Shown piece by piece: positions 19,384 through 29,165 of a DNA stretch of 64,000 bases; the stretch's first letter is position 1; each line of letters begins with the position of its first letter. The position numbers and the translations under genes are program-made. Under the pieces are notes generated by a model, which had not been told where the DNA came from, made no database searches, and saw nothing but the letters and a program-made list of their open reading frames with translations. Source of the stretch: Chloroflexota bacterium (GTDB taxonomy: Bacteria > Chloroflexota > Dehalococcoidia > Dehalococcoidales > RBG-16-60-22); contig JAHJTL010000005.1 in the NCBI GenBank assembly GCA_018829775.1, forward strand, positions 6,506 to 70,505, written 5' to 3'.

Positions 19384-19538
19384 TTTTATGCCTCCTTTCA
19401 CTTAGAGACGGTAACGGAGAATTAAACAGTAATAGTGAGTATATTTTAAATACCTGACGGGGAAAATGCAATGAATTGAGAGGGCAGGCTAACCCGATTG
19501 GCATTTACCTGTTTCGAAGAGCTATACTGGTTGCTAGC

Positions 19539-20756
19539 ATGAAGAGGCCGAAGTACTTCTACGGATATAATATCGTCGCCTCCGGCTTCGGCATACAGGC
19601 AGTAGGTATCGGCATCTTTGTCGCTTTCGGCGTCTTTTTCAAGCCACTGCTTGCCGACTTTGGCTGGTCAAGGGCCACCTTGTCAGGCGCTCAGTCCCTG
19701 GCACTGCTCATTGCGGGATTCCTCGGTATTCTGGTTGGCAGGTTGAATGACAGGTTTGGCCCGCGGATTGTGATGACGGTGGCCGGCTTCTTCTTCGGGC
19801 TGGGGCTCCTGCTCATGTCAGGCCTCAATAACGTCTGGCAACTGTACCTATTCTATGGCGTCGTGGTCGGCATCGGGTTGAGTTCGATTGATATTATCCC
19901 CCTCAGCACGATAGCACGGTGGTTTGTTCGGCGGAGGGGGATGATGACCGGCGTGGCGAAGGTGGGCACTGGTACCGGGCAATTCGTTATACCCCTGGTG
20001 GCCAGCATACTCATCGCAGCTTATGGCTGGCGGAATTCTTACGTTATTATCGGCGCGGTAGCGATGGTCCTGCTCATTTCCATCGGGCAGCTGTTGCGGC
20101 GTGACCCTGCTGGCAAGGGTCTCTTGCCAGATGGAGATAGGGAAAGCCAGACAGAGAGTTCGAAACCTGCCGAAACCGGGTTTTATCTACATGAGGCGCT
20201 CCGCACCCGGCAGTTCTGGACGATTTGCCTTGCCTATCTCGCCACCATGTTCTGCCTTCTCATTATCATGGTGCATATCGTCCCGCACGCCACGGACATC
20301 GGTATATCCTCGACGACCGCGGCCGGCATCCTGTCGGCTATCGGTGGCATAAGTATGGCGGGGCGGTTTGTCACCGGCATTGCTATCGACCGTATCGGCA
20401 ACAGGCGCTCTATGATTATCTGTTTTGTCCTGCTAATCTTGGCTCTCCTGTGGTTGCAGCTGGCAAAAGAGCTCTGGATGCTCTCCCTGTTTGCCGTAGT
20501 CTATGGTTTTGCCCACGGTGGATTATTCACTGTGATTTCACCTATCGTTGCCGAGTACTTCGGGCTGCGTATGCACGGCGCTCTCTTTGGTATCGTTTTC
20601 TTCAGTAGCATGGTTGGGGGTGCTGCCGGACCGGTTATCGCCGGGCACATCTTTGACACCACCCAAAGTTACAGCCTAGCATTCTGGATCTGTACCGCAG
20701 TCGCGGCTATCGCACTGGGACTCATATTATTTCTGAGACAGATAAAGAATACCTGA
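19539..20756 (+). CDS. MFS transporter, OFA-like (paralogue 2 of 3)
   Basis: 12 TM. MKRPKYFYGYNIV N-terminus parallels the other two paralogues. DRFGPR loop motif. Confidence 0.85.
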   Translation: MKRPKYFYGYNIVASGFGIQAVGIGIFVAFGVFFKPLLADFGWSRATLSGAQSLALLIAGFLGILVGRLNDRFGPRIVMTVAGFFFGLGLLLMSGLNNVWQLYLFYGVVVGIGLSSIDIIPLSTIARWFVRRRGMMTGVAKVGTGTGQFVIPLVASILIAAYGWRNSYVIIGAVAMVLLISIGQLLRRDPAGKGLLPDGDRESQTESSKPAETGFYLHEALRTRQFWTICLAYLATMFCLLIIMVHIVPHATDIGISSTTAAGILSAIGGISMAGRFVTGIAIDRIGNRRSMIICFVLLILALLWLQLAKELWMLSLFAVVYGFAHGGLFTVISPIVAEYFGLRMHGALFGIVFFSSMVGGAAGPVIAGHIFDTTQSYSLAFWICTAVAAIALGLILFLRQIKNT

Positions 20757-20919
20757 TTCTAACTCAGATTTATTTATAATAAGACCTCATCTTGACCTTT
20801 CGTTGTACACTTTGTCGAATTATTAGATAACAAAATACTACACTATTGGGTAGGCAGCAGAATCGATAAATATCCAGTCGATGCTACTACAAATGAAGCT
20901 AAGTAGATATCAGTGGAGT

Positions 20920-20966
20920 AGCGGTTTCCTGAACCGCGTGTCGCGCGTTCGAGTCGCCCCAGGAGT
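20920..20966 (+). other. tRNA-Arg(CCT)-like 3' fragment (anticodon arm to acceptor 3' strand), not foldable as a full tRNA
   Basis: GCGGT-TTCCTGA-ACCGC is a perfect anticodon stem-loop. It is followed by GTGTC and then GCGCG-TTCGAGT-CGCCC, a T arm with one mismatch. No D arm or matching 5' acceptor strand lies upstream. Confidence 0.35.
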
Positions 20967-21051
20967 ACGATTTCTAAAGCTAAAATCAGCTAAATGCCCC
21001 AGTGCCTTTCGATCTCTTGTGCGATATTGCAAACCAACCGTGTATGAATCA

Positions 21052-21080
21052 TTGACACCTAAGCCACCAGTAGATACAAT
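21052..21080 (+). promoter_or_regulatory. Promoter for the second nitrilase-family gene
   Basis: TTGACA (21052-21057), 17-nt spacer, TACAAT (21075-21080), 48 nt upstream of ATG 21128. Confidence 0.6.
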
Positions 21081-21127
21081 CTAGGCACATACTCCAGACG
21101 TAAATACACTTATGTGGAGGTCTATAG

Positions 21128-22060
21128 ATGAGCGGTGAAAGAAGAGCGCGCCCGGTTAAAATTTCTCTCATACAACGTGGACCTGCAGAAGAGGATAAAG
21201 AGCTTACGTTACGTAATTTACTTGCCCAGTTCGACTACGTACTTGAAAAAGAGAGGCCTGATTTCATCATGCCCATTGAATTATGTACCACGCCTTATTT
21301 CCCGGCTGTTAGTGACGAACGTTACTTTGATTGGGCTGAACCCATACCCGGTCCGACCACAGATTTATTTGCCGAGAAAGCACGTAAGTATGAAGCGTGC
21401 ATTATTTTACCGATTTTTGAAAAGGGCCCTTTAGAAGGAATTTACTACAATAGTGCGGTGGTCCTGGGTCCAGACGGGAACATAATACAAGGTAACATGT
21501 TTGATGGTACTCGAGCGTATCGTTATGTGAAGACTCATATTCCAAAATTGATGGGCTCGAAAGGATATATTGTTGATGAGACTTTCTACTTTACACCCGG
21601 TACCGGTTTCCCTGTTTTCGATACCCCAAAGGCAAGAATCGGTATCTTAATCTGCCATGATAGGCGTTTTCCCGAGGCCTGGAGAGAGGTTGTACTCCAG
21701 GGTGCTGAAATAGTGTTTGTCCCCGTGGACTCTCCTGTCTTAGGGGTAAAAAAGGGGGCAACTTTTGCGGATATGTTTGTAGCAGAGCTGCGCACTCGTG
21801 CTTTGGAAAATTGTGTCTGGGTTTGCGCTACGAATCAAGGTGGTATAGAAAAAGTTCAGGATAAGAAAAATGAATTCTTCGGCAGAAGCTGCATTATAAA
21901 TCCAACAGGAAAAGTCGTAAAATTAGCGCCAGCTTCACAACCGGCGGTGATTAGTGCATCTATCAACTTAGAAGAAGTGGACATTGCACGGAGATTTCTC
22001 AATACATTCAACCGTCGCAGACCTGAACTATACAAGCTGATAAACAGGGCTCAGATATAA
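21128..22060 (+). CDS. Carbon-nitrogen hydrolase (nitrilase superfamily; N-carbamoyl-amine/beta-ureidopropionase-like)
   Basis: 310 aa. KISLIQ..., YVKTHIP (Lys), IGILICHD (Cys). GGAGG SD 7 nt upstream. Confidence 0.85.
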   Translation: MSGERRARPVKISLIQRGPAEEDKELTLRNLLAQFDYVLEKERPDFIMPIELCTTPYFPAVSDERYFDWAEPIPGPTTDLFAEKARKYEACIILPIFEKGPLEGIYYNSAVVLGPDGNIIQGNMFDGTRAYRYVKTHIPKLMGSKGYIVDETFYFTPGTGFPVFDTPKARIGILICHDRRFPEAWREVVLQGAEIVFVPVDSPVLGVKKGATFADMFVAELRTRALENCVWVCATNQGGIEKVQDKKNEFFGRSCIINPTGKVVKLAPASQPAVISASINLEEVDIARRFLNTFNRRRPELYKLINRAQI

Positions 22061-22145
22061 AATGGCATCTTCGCATAAAACTGAGCCGTTATGACCTCAG
22101 CAGCATAAAGAATCAATCATTTTCAGCTAGGTTTATATACAGCTA

Positions 22146-23978
22146 TTACCGCCCAAGCAATTTGCTCAGGCCAAGTTCTTCAAGCTTCTTGGCACTTGGC
22201 TTAGCAGTGTTCAAATCCCAATCCATTGCTTTTAGATAGTCCTTAATCATTAAGTCATCGTCTAATGTCACCTTGGCAACTGGGCCTTTCGTTAGAGGGG
22301 GCTTTCCAAGCGCTCTCGGGTTGTAGAAGTACTTTAGTGGATTCAATTCTTCCCGAAGGTTAAAAAGATGGCGTATGTTGGCGACTCGTTCTCCGACTTT
22401 CAGACAGCTTTCCATAGTATATTCGGTTCCGGTTATTGCCGTGAGAAAATCGGGGATGAACTGGACAGGGTAGGACAGATAGGCAAAAATGCAAATACCG
22501 GAAGAATTCACGATATGCGCCATATTCATGGCCATCTTTTGAAGCTCTCCCGTATTCGTGTAATCATATTTATCTTCACGTTCATCCGTTATCCAGTCGG
22601 TTCCCATAATCCACGCGCGGCCACCCTGAGTATGGCGTGCTGGGGTGGCATCCATCCGGTATGTGACTCCCAGGGCGGGGGTAAACCTGGGGTCGTGGGC
22701 AGGGATTTCTTGCCCCTGAACGTGCACGGCAAATTGTTCCGCACCTTTGCCGAGCTTGGCTGCCGCACGCATTACGCCGTCGGCAAGCAGTGCGCCTATT
22801 CCTTCACGCCCGGCAATTTTCTTGGCGAGCTCCACAATGGCACTGCCATCTCCCCAGCGTAATTCGATACCGACGTCATCTTTCGAGAGGATACCATTCT
22901 GATAGCATTCAATAGCGAAAGCAATGGCTGAACCGACGGATATAGTGTCCAAACCATAGGCATTGCAGATGTCGTTAAAGTGGATGATTGATTCGAGGTC
23001 ATCATTCAGACACAGAGTACCTGTCATGCACAGTGTCTCATACTCTGGCTTGTGGCAGACACTCGCCCGGCCTGGTTTTGCCTTCATGTGTCCCCCGCAG
23101 CGAATGGGACACTGCCAGCAGCCATATGTGCGCTCCTGCTCGGCAATTACCGCGTCATCGCTGATTTTACTTGCGGTGGGGAAATCATCCGGCCCAGAAC
23201 CGGCCCAATTTTTTACCGGGGAATCTCCGCTCATGGCACTGGGCTCAGTTATACCTGCGGTACCGTAATCTTTAAAGGTTGGCCCCATATTCTTAAGCTG
23301 CCTGATATAATTACGCCGAAGTTCTTTCGCATGCATTTCATCTGCCATGGGCACCTTCATATTGCCTTTGACAACCACAGCTTTTAATTTTTTTGAACCC
23401 ATAACGGCGCCCAGCCCCGAACGACCCGCAGCGCGCCCCTGGTCGTGCATTATGGCCGCGAGGAGGGACATATTTTCACCGGCAGGGCCGATACAGGCAA
23501 CGCTTGCCTTCTGGCCGTGGGCTTCTTTGAGTATGTCCTCGGTTTCCAGGCTATCTTTGCCCCATAAATTCCCCGCATCTTTCAGCTCGACCTTGCCATT
23601 ATCGATACTCAGGTAAACCGGTTTGGAAGCAACGCCGCTGAAGAAAATACCATCATAGCCAGCGAACTTGAGATTCGGGCCGAAGTCGCCGCCGCAGTTG
23701 GCATCGCCCCATGTCCCGGTTAGGGGTGACTTTGCTACGGCTACAAATCGACCACTGCACATAGTAGGTGTAGCCGTTAGTGGGCCGGTAAGTAAACCAA
23801 ATATGTTATCCGGGCCAAGCGGGTCAACCTTGGGTTTCATTCGCTCATAGAGAATCCTGGCACCAAGGCCGTAGCCTCCCATGAAGTCCTGGCGTAGTTC
23901 CTCGCTTAATACTTCTTCTTTACATACTCCTTTTGCTAAGTCTACAAAGAGCAATTTACCCATATAACCTTTGGCCAT
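22146..23978 (-). CDS. aor: Aldehyde:ferredoxin oxidoreductase (tungstopterin AOR family)
   Basis: 610 aa. N-terminus YMGKLLFVDLAKG...GGYGLGARILYE...GPLTATP...SGRF.VAAKSPLTG, and CxxC...C cluster ligands (GCWQCPIRCG). Confidence 0.9.
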   Translation of the reverse strand: MAKGYMGKLLFVDLAKGVCKEEVLSEELRQDFMGGYGLGARILYERMKPKVDPLGPDNIFGLLTGPLTATPTMCSGRFVAVAKSPLTGTWGDANCGGDFGPNLKFAGYDGIFFSGVASKPVYLSIDNGKVELKDAGNLWGKDSLETEDILKEAHGQKASVACIGPAGENMSLLAAIMHDQGRAAGRSGLGAVMGSKKLKAVVVKGNMKVPMADEMHAKELRRNYIRQLKNMGPTFKDYGTAGITEPSAMSGDSPVKNWAGSGPDDFPTASKISDDAVIAEQERTYGCWQCPIRCGGHMKAKPGRASVCHKPEYETLCMTGTLCLNDDLESIIHFNDICNAYGLDTISVGSAIAFAIECYQNGILSKDDVGIELRWGDGSAIVELAKKIAGREGIGALLADGVMRAAAKLGKGAEQFAVHVQGQEIPAHDPRFTPALGVTYRMDATPARHTQGGRAWIMGTDWITDEREDKYDYTNTGELQKMAMNMAHIVNSSGICIFAYLSYPVQFIPDFLTAITGTEYTMESCLKVGERVANIRHLFNLREELNPLKYFYNPRALGKPPLTKGPVAKVTLDDDLMIKDYLKAMDWDLNTAKPSAKKLEELGLSKLLGR

Positions 23979-24216
23979 GATAATTCTCCTTTATTATTGG
24001 TATCGTATTTTAACTATAAACTACTGTGTAATGCAATGATTAACTAATTAAATAAACCAAAATATGTCTATTTTCAATATCAAATTTAAAATCGTTCGAA
24101 GAGGTATGAAAATTTATCCTTAATTTAAATTAATTAAACAATCGTCATTTTGTCGACTCAGCTAAATAATCTCCATTCAGGTGGCCTGGCAAACCGTTAA
24201 ACTATGAATTAGTATA

Positions 24217-24244
24217 TTGACAAATAATAGCCTCCGAATATAAT
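24217..24244 (+). promoter_or_regulatory. Promoter of the DUF4392-iorAB operon
   Basis: TTGACA (24217-24222), 16-nt spacer, TATAAT (24239-24244), inside a 360-bp AT-rich divergent region. Confidence 0.65.
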
Positions 24245-24336
24245 GGGAGAAACCTATTATGAGAAATAGCCGGGAAGAGTTCTTCTAGAAAGACTTCATA
24301 ATCTTAGAATTTATAGAAAGGAGATGTAACAACGAG

Positions 24337-25356
24337 ATGGAAAATACAGCCAGGAATATTGATAGATTAGTAACGACCGGGGCAGGGTGGGGTGGCCGCC
24401 TCGACCGCTGGATTGTTCCTGCTTTGTATGAAAGTGCTTCACAGAAAGTGAACGGAAAGCCAGTGAGCCTGGTTGCTGCTCAAGGCATTATAGAACGCGT
24501 GAAAGAAAGGGATAAGATACTGATCATCGACCAATTTGGTTACGCTCCTAATATGCCATATGGGGAGACCGATGGACCCCTTGGCGTGGCTAGTCTGGCG
24601 AGAGCAGTTAGCTTTGGAATAGGTGCCTTACCGGTACTTGTGACCGGACCGAGAGATATAGATGTTGTCCGGTATACCACCAAAGCTGCCGGGCTAAATG
24701 TTTTGCCATTCAAAGAGGCGAGCCATTATAAAAAAGCCATTGCCGGAGAGATACTGTTCCCTTGTGCCGATAAAGATGAGAGTAAGAAGACAGCGAGCAG
24801 GATAATCGACGAATCCAAACCCAAGGTGATAATAAGCGTAGAGACGGTTGGGCCGAATAGGAAAGGAGTAAAGCACTCCGGGTCTGGTTATGACGTCGAA
24901 GCAGAAGATAAGCTGTCGAGACTAGAATATCTATTCTACGAAGCATCAGAGAGAGGTATATTCACAATAGGTATTATTGATCGCGGTAATGAAATCGGAA
25001 GCGGGACGATAGAAGAGACCGTTAGAAACGTCACACCATACGCAAATGTTTGCCAGTGTCCGTGCGGTGATGGAGGGGCCTGCGCAGTAAAGACAGACAT
25101 TGTCTTCCCAGCCTCAATCTCAAATTGGGGCGCATATGCTGTTAGTGCTATGCTTGGATACCTGCTCAAGAAACCAGATATTCTTCAGGATGATGATACC
25201 GAGCGCCGGATGCTCGAAGCTTCCATAATGGCTGGAGCCGTCGACGGTATCGCAGGGTTGCCTATTATGGGGGTAGATGGTATTGGTTTAAAAGGCCAGC
25301 AAGGTATTGTAAATCTGCTACATGCAATTATTGAGAATGGACTTAGGGGTACATAG
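24337..25356 (+). CDS. DUF4392 / D-glutamate cyclase-like domain protein (tentative)
   Basis: 339 aa. GETDGPLG and the overall size recall the DUF4392 family, recognised from memory only. AAAGGAG SD upstream. Confidence 0.45.
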   Translation: MENTARNIDRLVTTGAGWGGRLDRWIVPALYESASQKVNGKPVSLVAAQGIIERVKERDKILIIDQFGYAPNMPYGETDGPLGVASLARAVSFGIGALPVLVTGPRDIDVVRYTTKAAGLNVLPFKEASHYKKAIAGEILFPCADKDESKKTASRIIDESKPKVIISVETVGPNRKGVKHSGSGYDVEAEDKLSRLEYLFYEASERGIFTIGIIDRGNEIGSGTIEETVRNVTPYANVCQCPCGDGGACAVKTDIVFPASISNWGAYAVSAMLGYLLKKPDILQDDDTERRMLEASIMAGAVDGIAGLPIMGVDGIGLKGQQGIVNLLHAIIENGLRGT

Positions 25357-25435
25357 GTCCGCCTATCCTTTTAAGCCTATAAGTATTGATAAAATTTAAA
25401 TCAAGAGAGCTAAAGCAAAGGAGACCTGAACAGCG

Positions 25436-27331
25436 ATGGAAGAAATATTAACTGGAAAAGAAGGGGAAAGGCATTTTCTTCTGGGAAATGAGGCCATTGT
25501 CAGAGGCGCACTCGAAGCCGGGGTGGATATTGCAGCATTATATCCCGGGACTCCAATGTCGGAAATCGGCGATGTTTTTCATGCTTTGGCCAGAAGCCTG
25601 AGAGATAAAGGCGAAGAACCGAGTTTCTACTTTGAGTGGTCTGCGAATGAGAAAGTGTCTCTCGATGAGTGTATTGCCGCTTCTCTCTCCGGTTTAAGGG
25701 CTTTATGTCCCATGAAAGCTCAGGGATTTAATGTCGCTTCCGATTCTTTCTTGGATTATTTAACCGCATGTAATCTGGTGGAAACCGACATCAAAGGAGG
25801 CCTGGTCTTCATCTGTGCCGATGACCCCGGGGGAACATCTTCGGTTAATGAGCAGGATGACCGGTATATATCCATAATAGCGGATGTCCCGATGCTGGAG
25901 CCATCGAATTGCCAGGAAATGAAGGATATGACTGCAAAGGCCTTCGATATCGCTGAAGAGATTCATTTGCCAATATTTTTAAGAACGGTCAATACGGTGA
26001 ATCTTTCCCGGGGTGACCTCGTATTCGGCAAACTTGGTGTACCCCGTCGCAAGGGCGAGATAAAAGGGGTGCCTCTCTCTTTTGATAGGACAAGATGCCA
26101 CGCCAATATCCTGAAGAAAATGGAGAAAGCAAAGGAGCTTTCCGAGAAATCGGAATATAACAGAGTTATTAAATTTGATGGTGCAAAAACGGGAAAGAAA
26201 ATCGGTGTCGTTGCCTCCAGCATTTCCATAAGCTATGCGGAAGAAATCATTCGTGAGCTTGGAGTGGAGACCGAACTACTGGCCCTCGGTTTTACCAATC
26301 CGCTTCCCGAAAAGCTGTGCAAAGATTTCATTGGTAGATTTGATGAGCTGGTCATCGTTGAGGAGCTTTCACCTTTCCTGGAAACGCAGTTCCTCAAGAT
26401 GGCCCATGAAATATCCGCCAGGGCCAGGATATGGGGAAAAGAGACCGGACACTTCCCAAGGGCCGGACAATACAGGCTGGAGACGGTGGCTGAACCACTG
26501 GCCAGGGTGTTCGGGGTGGATAACCCGATACCGAGACTGGAAGGCCCTGAAATAGCGGTTGCCGCCCGTTCTCTGACAAATTGCCCGGGGTGCCCGCACC
26601 GGAACACTTACTATGCGATTAAGCAGATAGTCCCAGAAGACGCCATATTTGCCAATGACCAGGGCTGTTACTTATTGGGAGGGCTGGAACCTTACAAAAT
26701 GAGCCATGCTCAGTACTCCATGGGGGCAAGCATCGGTCTGGCTTGCGGGTTCCACCAGGCAACTGACAAACCGGCAATCGCATATATCGGGGATTCCACT
26801 TTTTTCCATAACGGAATGTCACCGCTGGCCAATGCCGTCCACCACAACTATGATATCACGGTGGTCGTCATGGACAACGGGGCGACAGCGATGTCGGGTT
26901 TTCAAATGCATCCGGGAACCGACCGTGACGCTATGTGCAGAGAAGCGATACCGATTAAGATTGAGGATGTGGCGAGAGGGCTGGGAGCCACGTTCGTTGA
27001 AGTTGTCAATCCCAACAACATAGAAGAGGCAAAGGATGTTTTCAAACGGGCGATAGCGCACAGCGGAGTGTCAGTTGTGGTCAGCAAGGCTTTGTGCAGG
27101 TTAATGGATACCAGGGAGAAGAGACGCCAGGGCCTGGAGATACCTGCCTACAAGGTAGACCAGGAAAAATGTGACCAATGCAAGATATGTATTGATGTAT
27201 ATGCCTGCCCGGCCTTCTATGAGGCAGCCGGTAAGATTTACATAGATGATATCCAATGTACCGGATGCGGTGTTTGTCAGGGAATATGCCCTGTCGGAGC
27301 AATAATAGAGTTAGGAGCGGAGAATGGATAG
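25436..27331 (+). CDS. iorA: Indolepyruvate:ferredoxin oxidoreductase, alpha subunit
   Basis: 631 aa. GNEAIVRGALEAGVDIAALYPGTPMSEI, the TPP motif GDSTFFHNG...NGATAMSG, and C-terminal 2x[4Fe-4S] (CDQCKICIDVYACP, CTGCGVCQGICP). Confidence 0.9.
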   Translation: MEEILTGKEGERHFLLGNEAIVRGALEAGVDIAALYPGTPMSEIGDVFHALARSLRDKGEEPSFYFEWSANEKVSLDECIAASLSGLRALCPMKAQGFNVASDSFLDYLTACNLVETDIKGGLVFICADDPGGTSSVNEQDDRYISIIADVPMLEPSNCQEMKDMTAKAFDIAEEIHLPIFLRTVNTVNLSRGDLVFGKLGVPRRKGEIKGVPLSFDRTRCHANILKKMEKAKELSEKSEYNRVIKFDGAKTGKKIGVVASSISISYAEEIIRELGVETELLALGFTNPLPEKLCKDFIGRFDELVIVEELSPFLETQFLKMAHEISARARIWGKETGHFPRAGQYRLETVAEPLARVFGVDNPIPRLEGPEIAVAARSLTNCPGCPHRNTYYAIKQIVPEDAIFANDQGCYLLGGLEPYKMSHAQYSMGASIGLACGFHQATDKPAIAYIGDSTFFHNGMSPLANAVHHNYDITVVVMDNGATAMSGFQMHPGTDRDAMCREAIPIKIEDVARGLGATFVEVVNPNNIEEAKDVFKRAIAHSGVSVVVSKALCRLMDTREKRRQGLEIPAYKVDQEKCDQCKICIDVYACPAFYEAAGKIYIDDIQCTGCGVCQGICPVGAIIELGAENG

Positions 27332-27923
27332 AGGAGGAACAAATATTCTGCTGGCGGGCGTTGGTGGGTTGGGTGTGATAACTGCTTCAAATATCATCGG
27401 CATAGCAGCGGTCGGAGTCGGCAAAAAGGTATCCAGCGCTGAGGTTCACGGGATAGCACAGAGAGGCGGCTCGGTTACGGGCACGGTCCGGATTGGAGAT
27501 AATAGCGTTAGCCCGTTGCTGGGGGATGGTCGAGCCGATATTATTCTGGGATTTGAGCCTCTTGAAGTGCTGAGAAATATATCAAAGGCAAGTAAAAGCA
27601 CCATCGTCATTACTGATATTACCCCGGTAAGGGTCATTACCCCCACCCAATTTGTCTATCCAAAGCTTGAAGACATTTTTGCTGAGATTAGAGGAAGATG
27701 CGCCAGACTTTATGAAATCGATTGCCTCGCCCTGGCTAAAAAAGCTGGCACAGCTGTCGTACGCCCTTCAGTTTTACTGGGTGCTCTATCTGAGATTGAA
27801 GAATTCCCGATCAGTTCCGAAGTCCTTTTGAAGTCCGTCGAGGAAAATGTGCCGGCAAGGTATAAGGAACAAAATATTGCCGCTTTTAAAGAAGGTGCTA
27901 ACTTCATTAGAGCAAAGCTTTAA
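27324..27923 (+). CDS. iorB: Indolepyruvate:ferredoxin oxidoreductase, beta subunit
   Basis: 199 aa. Overlaps the iorA stop by 8 nt. ILLAGVGGLGVITAS...HGIAQRGGSV is typical of the POR-gamma/IorB fold. Confidence 0.85.
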   Translation: MDRGGTNILLAGVGGLGVITASNIIGIAAVGVGKKVSSAEVHGIAQRGGSVTGTVRIGDNSVSPLLGDGRADIILGFEPLEVLRNISKASKSTIVITDITPVRVITPTQFVYPKLEDIFAEIRGRCARLYEIDCLALAKKAGTAVVRPSVLLGALSEIEEFPISSEVLLKSVEENVPARYKEQNIAAFKEGANFIRAKL

Positions 27924-27940
27924 TAGCTAAATGCAAGTGA

Positions 27941-29110
27941 TTAAGTCGACAGTTCTTTTACAGTCTTCTCTATCCTCTCCAGAGCGATATTTATTTTATC
28001 CAAAGATGTGGCATAGGAAAATCTGAGATAACCGTCACCGTACCGACCAAAGTGGGTGCCAGGCAGACAGGCTACGCCGGCCTGATTAAGAAGAATGTCA
28101 GCCAGCTCATTGCAGTCAATTCCCACTTCTTTAACGTTTGGGAAAACATAGAAAGCTCCTTTAGGTAGGACACAGCTTATACCGGATATCCTATTGAGTC
28201 CGTTTACAATGAGGTCTCTCCGCTTCCTGAACTCGCTTACCATCTTCGGTACACTGTCCTGTGGCCCGGTGAGCGCTTCTATGCCAGCATGTTGGATAAA
28301 AGGCGCGGTGCAGGAGACGCTATTGACAATCAGGCGCACAACAGGCTCAACTAGTTTCGGAGGTAAGGCAGCATATCCCAGGCGCCAGCCAGTCATGGCA
28401 TAGGTTTTGGAAAAGCCGCTCAGGAGAATGGTTCGCTCAAGCATACCCGGCAGGCTGGCGATGCTGAAAGGTTCATGTTCATAGACAATATGCTCATAGA
28501 CCTCATCTGAGAGCACCGTAATATCGCGTTCCTTGATGATCTCGGCGATAGCGTATACATCATCTTTCTCAAGAACACCACCCGTGGGATTATGAGGTGA
28601 ATTAAGGACGATGAGCTTTGTGCGTGGTGTTATCTTGGAGCGTAACTCCTCAATATCAAAACGGAAACCGAGCTCCTCTTTAAGTTGAATGGGTACTGTC
28701 TTGGCGCCGGTGAAGTTAATGACTGATTCATAAATAGGATAACTTGGGTCGGGGCATATAGCTTCGTCACCTTCCTCGAGCAGTGCCAGTATGGAGAAAA
28801 ATGCTATTGGCTTCGCGCCCGGGGTCACCACTATGCGCTCAGGCTCTATAGCAACACCGCGGGTTCTCTCCAATTCCTTGGCGATTTGGTCGCGCAGCGG
28901 TACGATTCCCTGAGAATTACAGTAGTGGGTCTGGCCTCTATCGAGCGCATCTTTAGCTGCAGCACGAATATTATCGGGTGTGTCGAAATCCGGCTCCCCG
29001 ATTTCAAGATGGACGACATCCATTCCCTTAGCTTCAAGAGCTTGGGCTTTTGCCAGTACACCGAATGCGGTCTCTGTTCCCAGACGTGACATTCTCTCAG
29101 CCATTTTCAT
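27941..29110 (-). CDS. Class I/II pyridoxal-phosphate-dependent aminotransferase (aspartate/aromatic type)
   Basis: 389 aa. NSPHNPTG and the SGFSKTYAMTGWRLGY PLP-lysine motif. Confidence 0.9.
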   Translation of the reverse strand: MKMAERMSRLGTETAFGVLAKAQALEAKGMDVVHLEIGEPDFDTPDNIRAAAKDALDRGQTHYCNSQGIVPLRDQIAKELERTRGVAIEPERIVVTPGAKPIAFFSILALLEEGDEAICPDPSYPIYESVINFTGAKTVPIQLKEELGFRFDIEELRSKITPRTKLIVLNSPHNPTGGVLEKDDVYAIAEIIKERDITVLSDEVYEHIVYEHEPFSIASLPGMLERTILLSGFSKTYAMTGWRLGYAALPPKLVEPVVRLIVNSVSCTAPFIQHAGIEALTGPQDSVPKMVSEFRKRRDLIVNGLNRISGISCVLPKGAFYVFPNVKEVGIDCNELADILLNQAGVACLPGTHFGRYGDGYLRFSYATSLDKINIALERIEKTVKELST

Positions 29111-29165
29111 TGCCTTAACCTCCTGATTATAAACGTAGAATGCTCATTATACTAAACACAATCGA

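Noticed and set aside
20881-21084. 67-aa ORF in the MFS/amidase intergenic gap
   Set aside because: It has no SD, overlaps the tRNA-Arg-like fragment and the TTGACA-N17-TACAAT promoter of the amidase gene, and its sequence is not protein-like.
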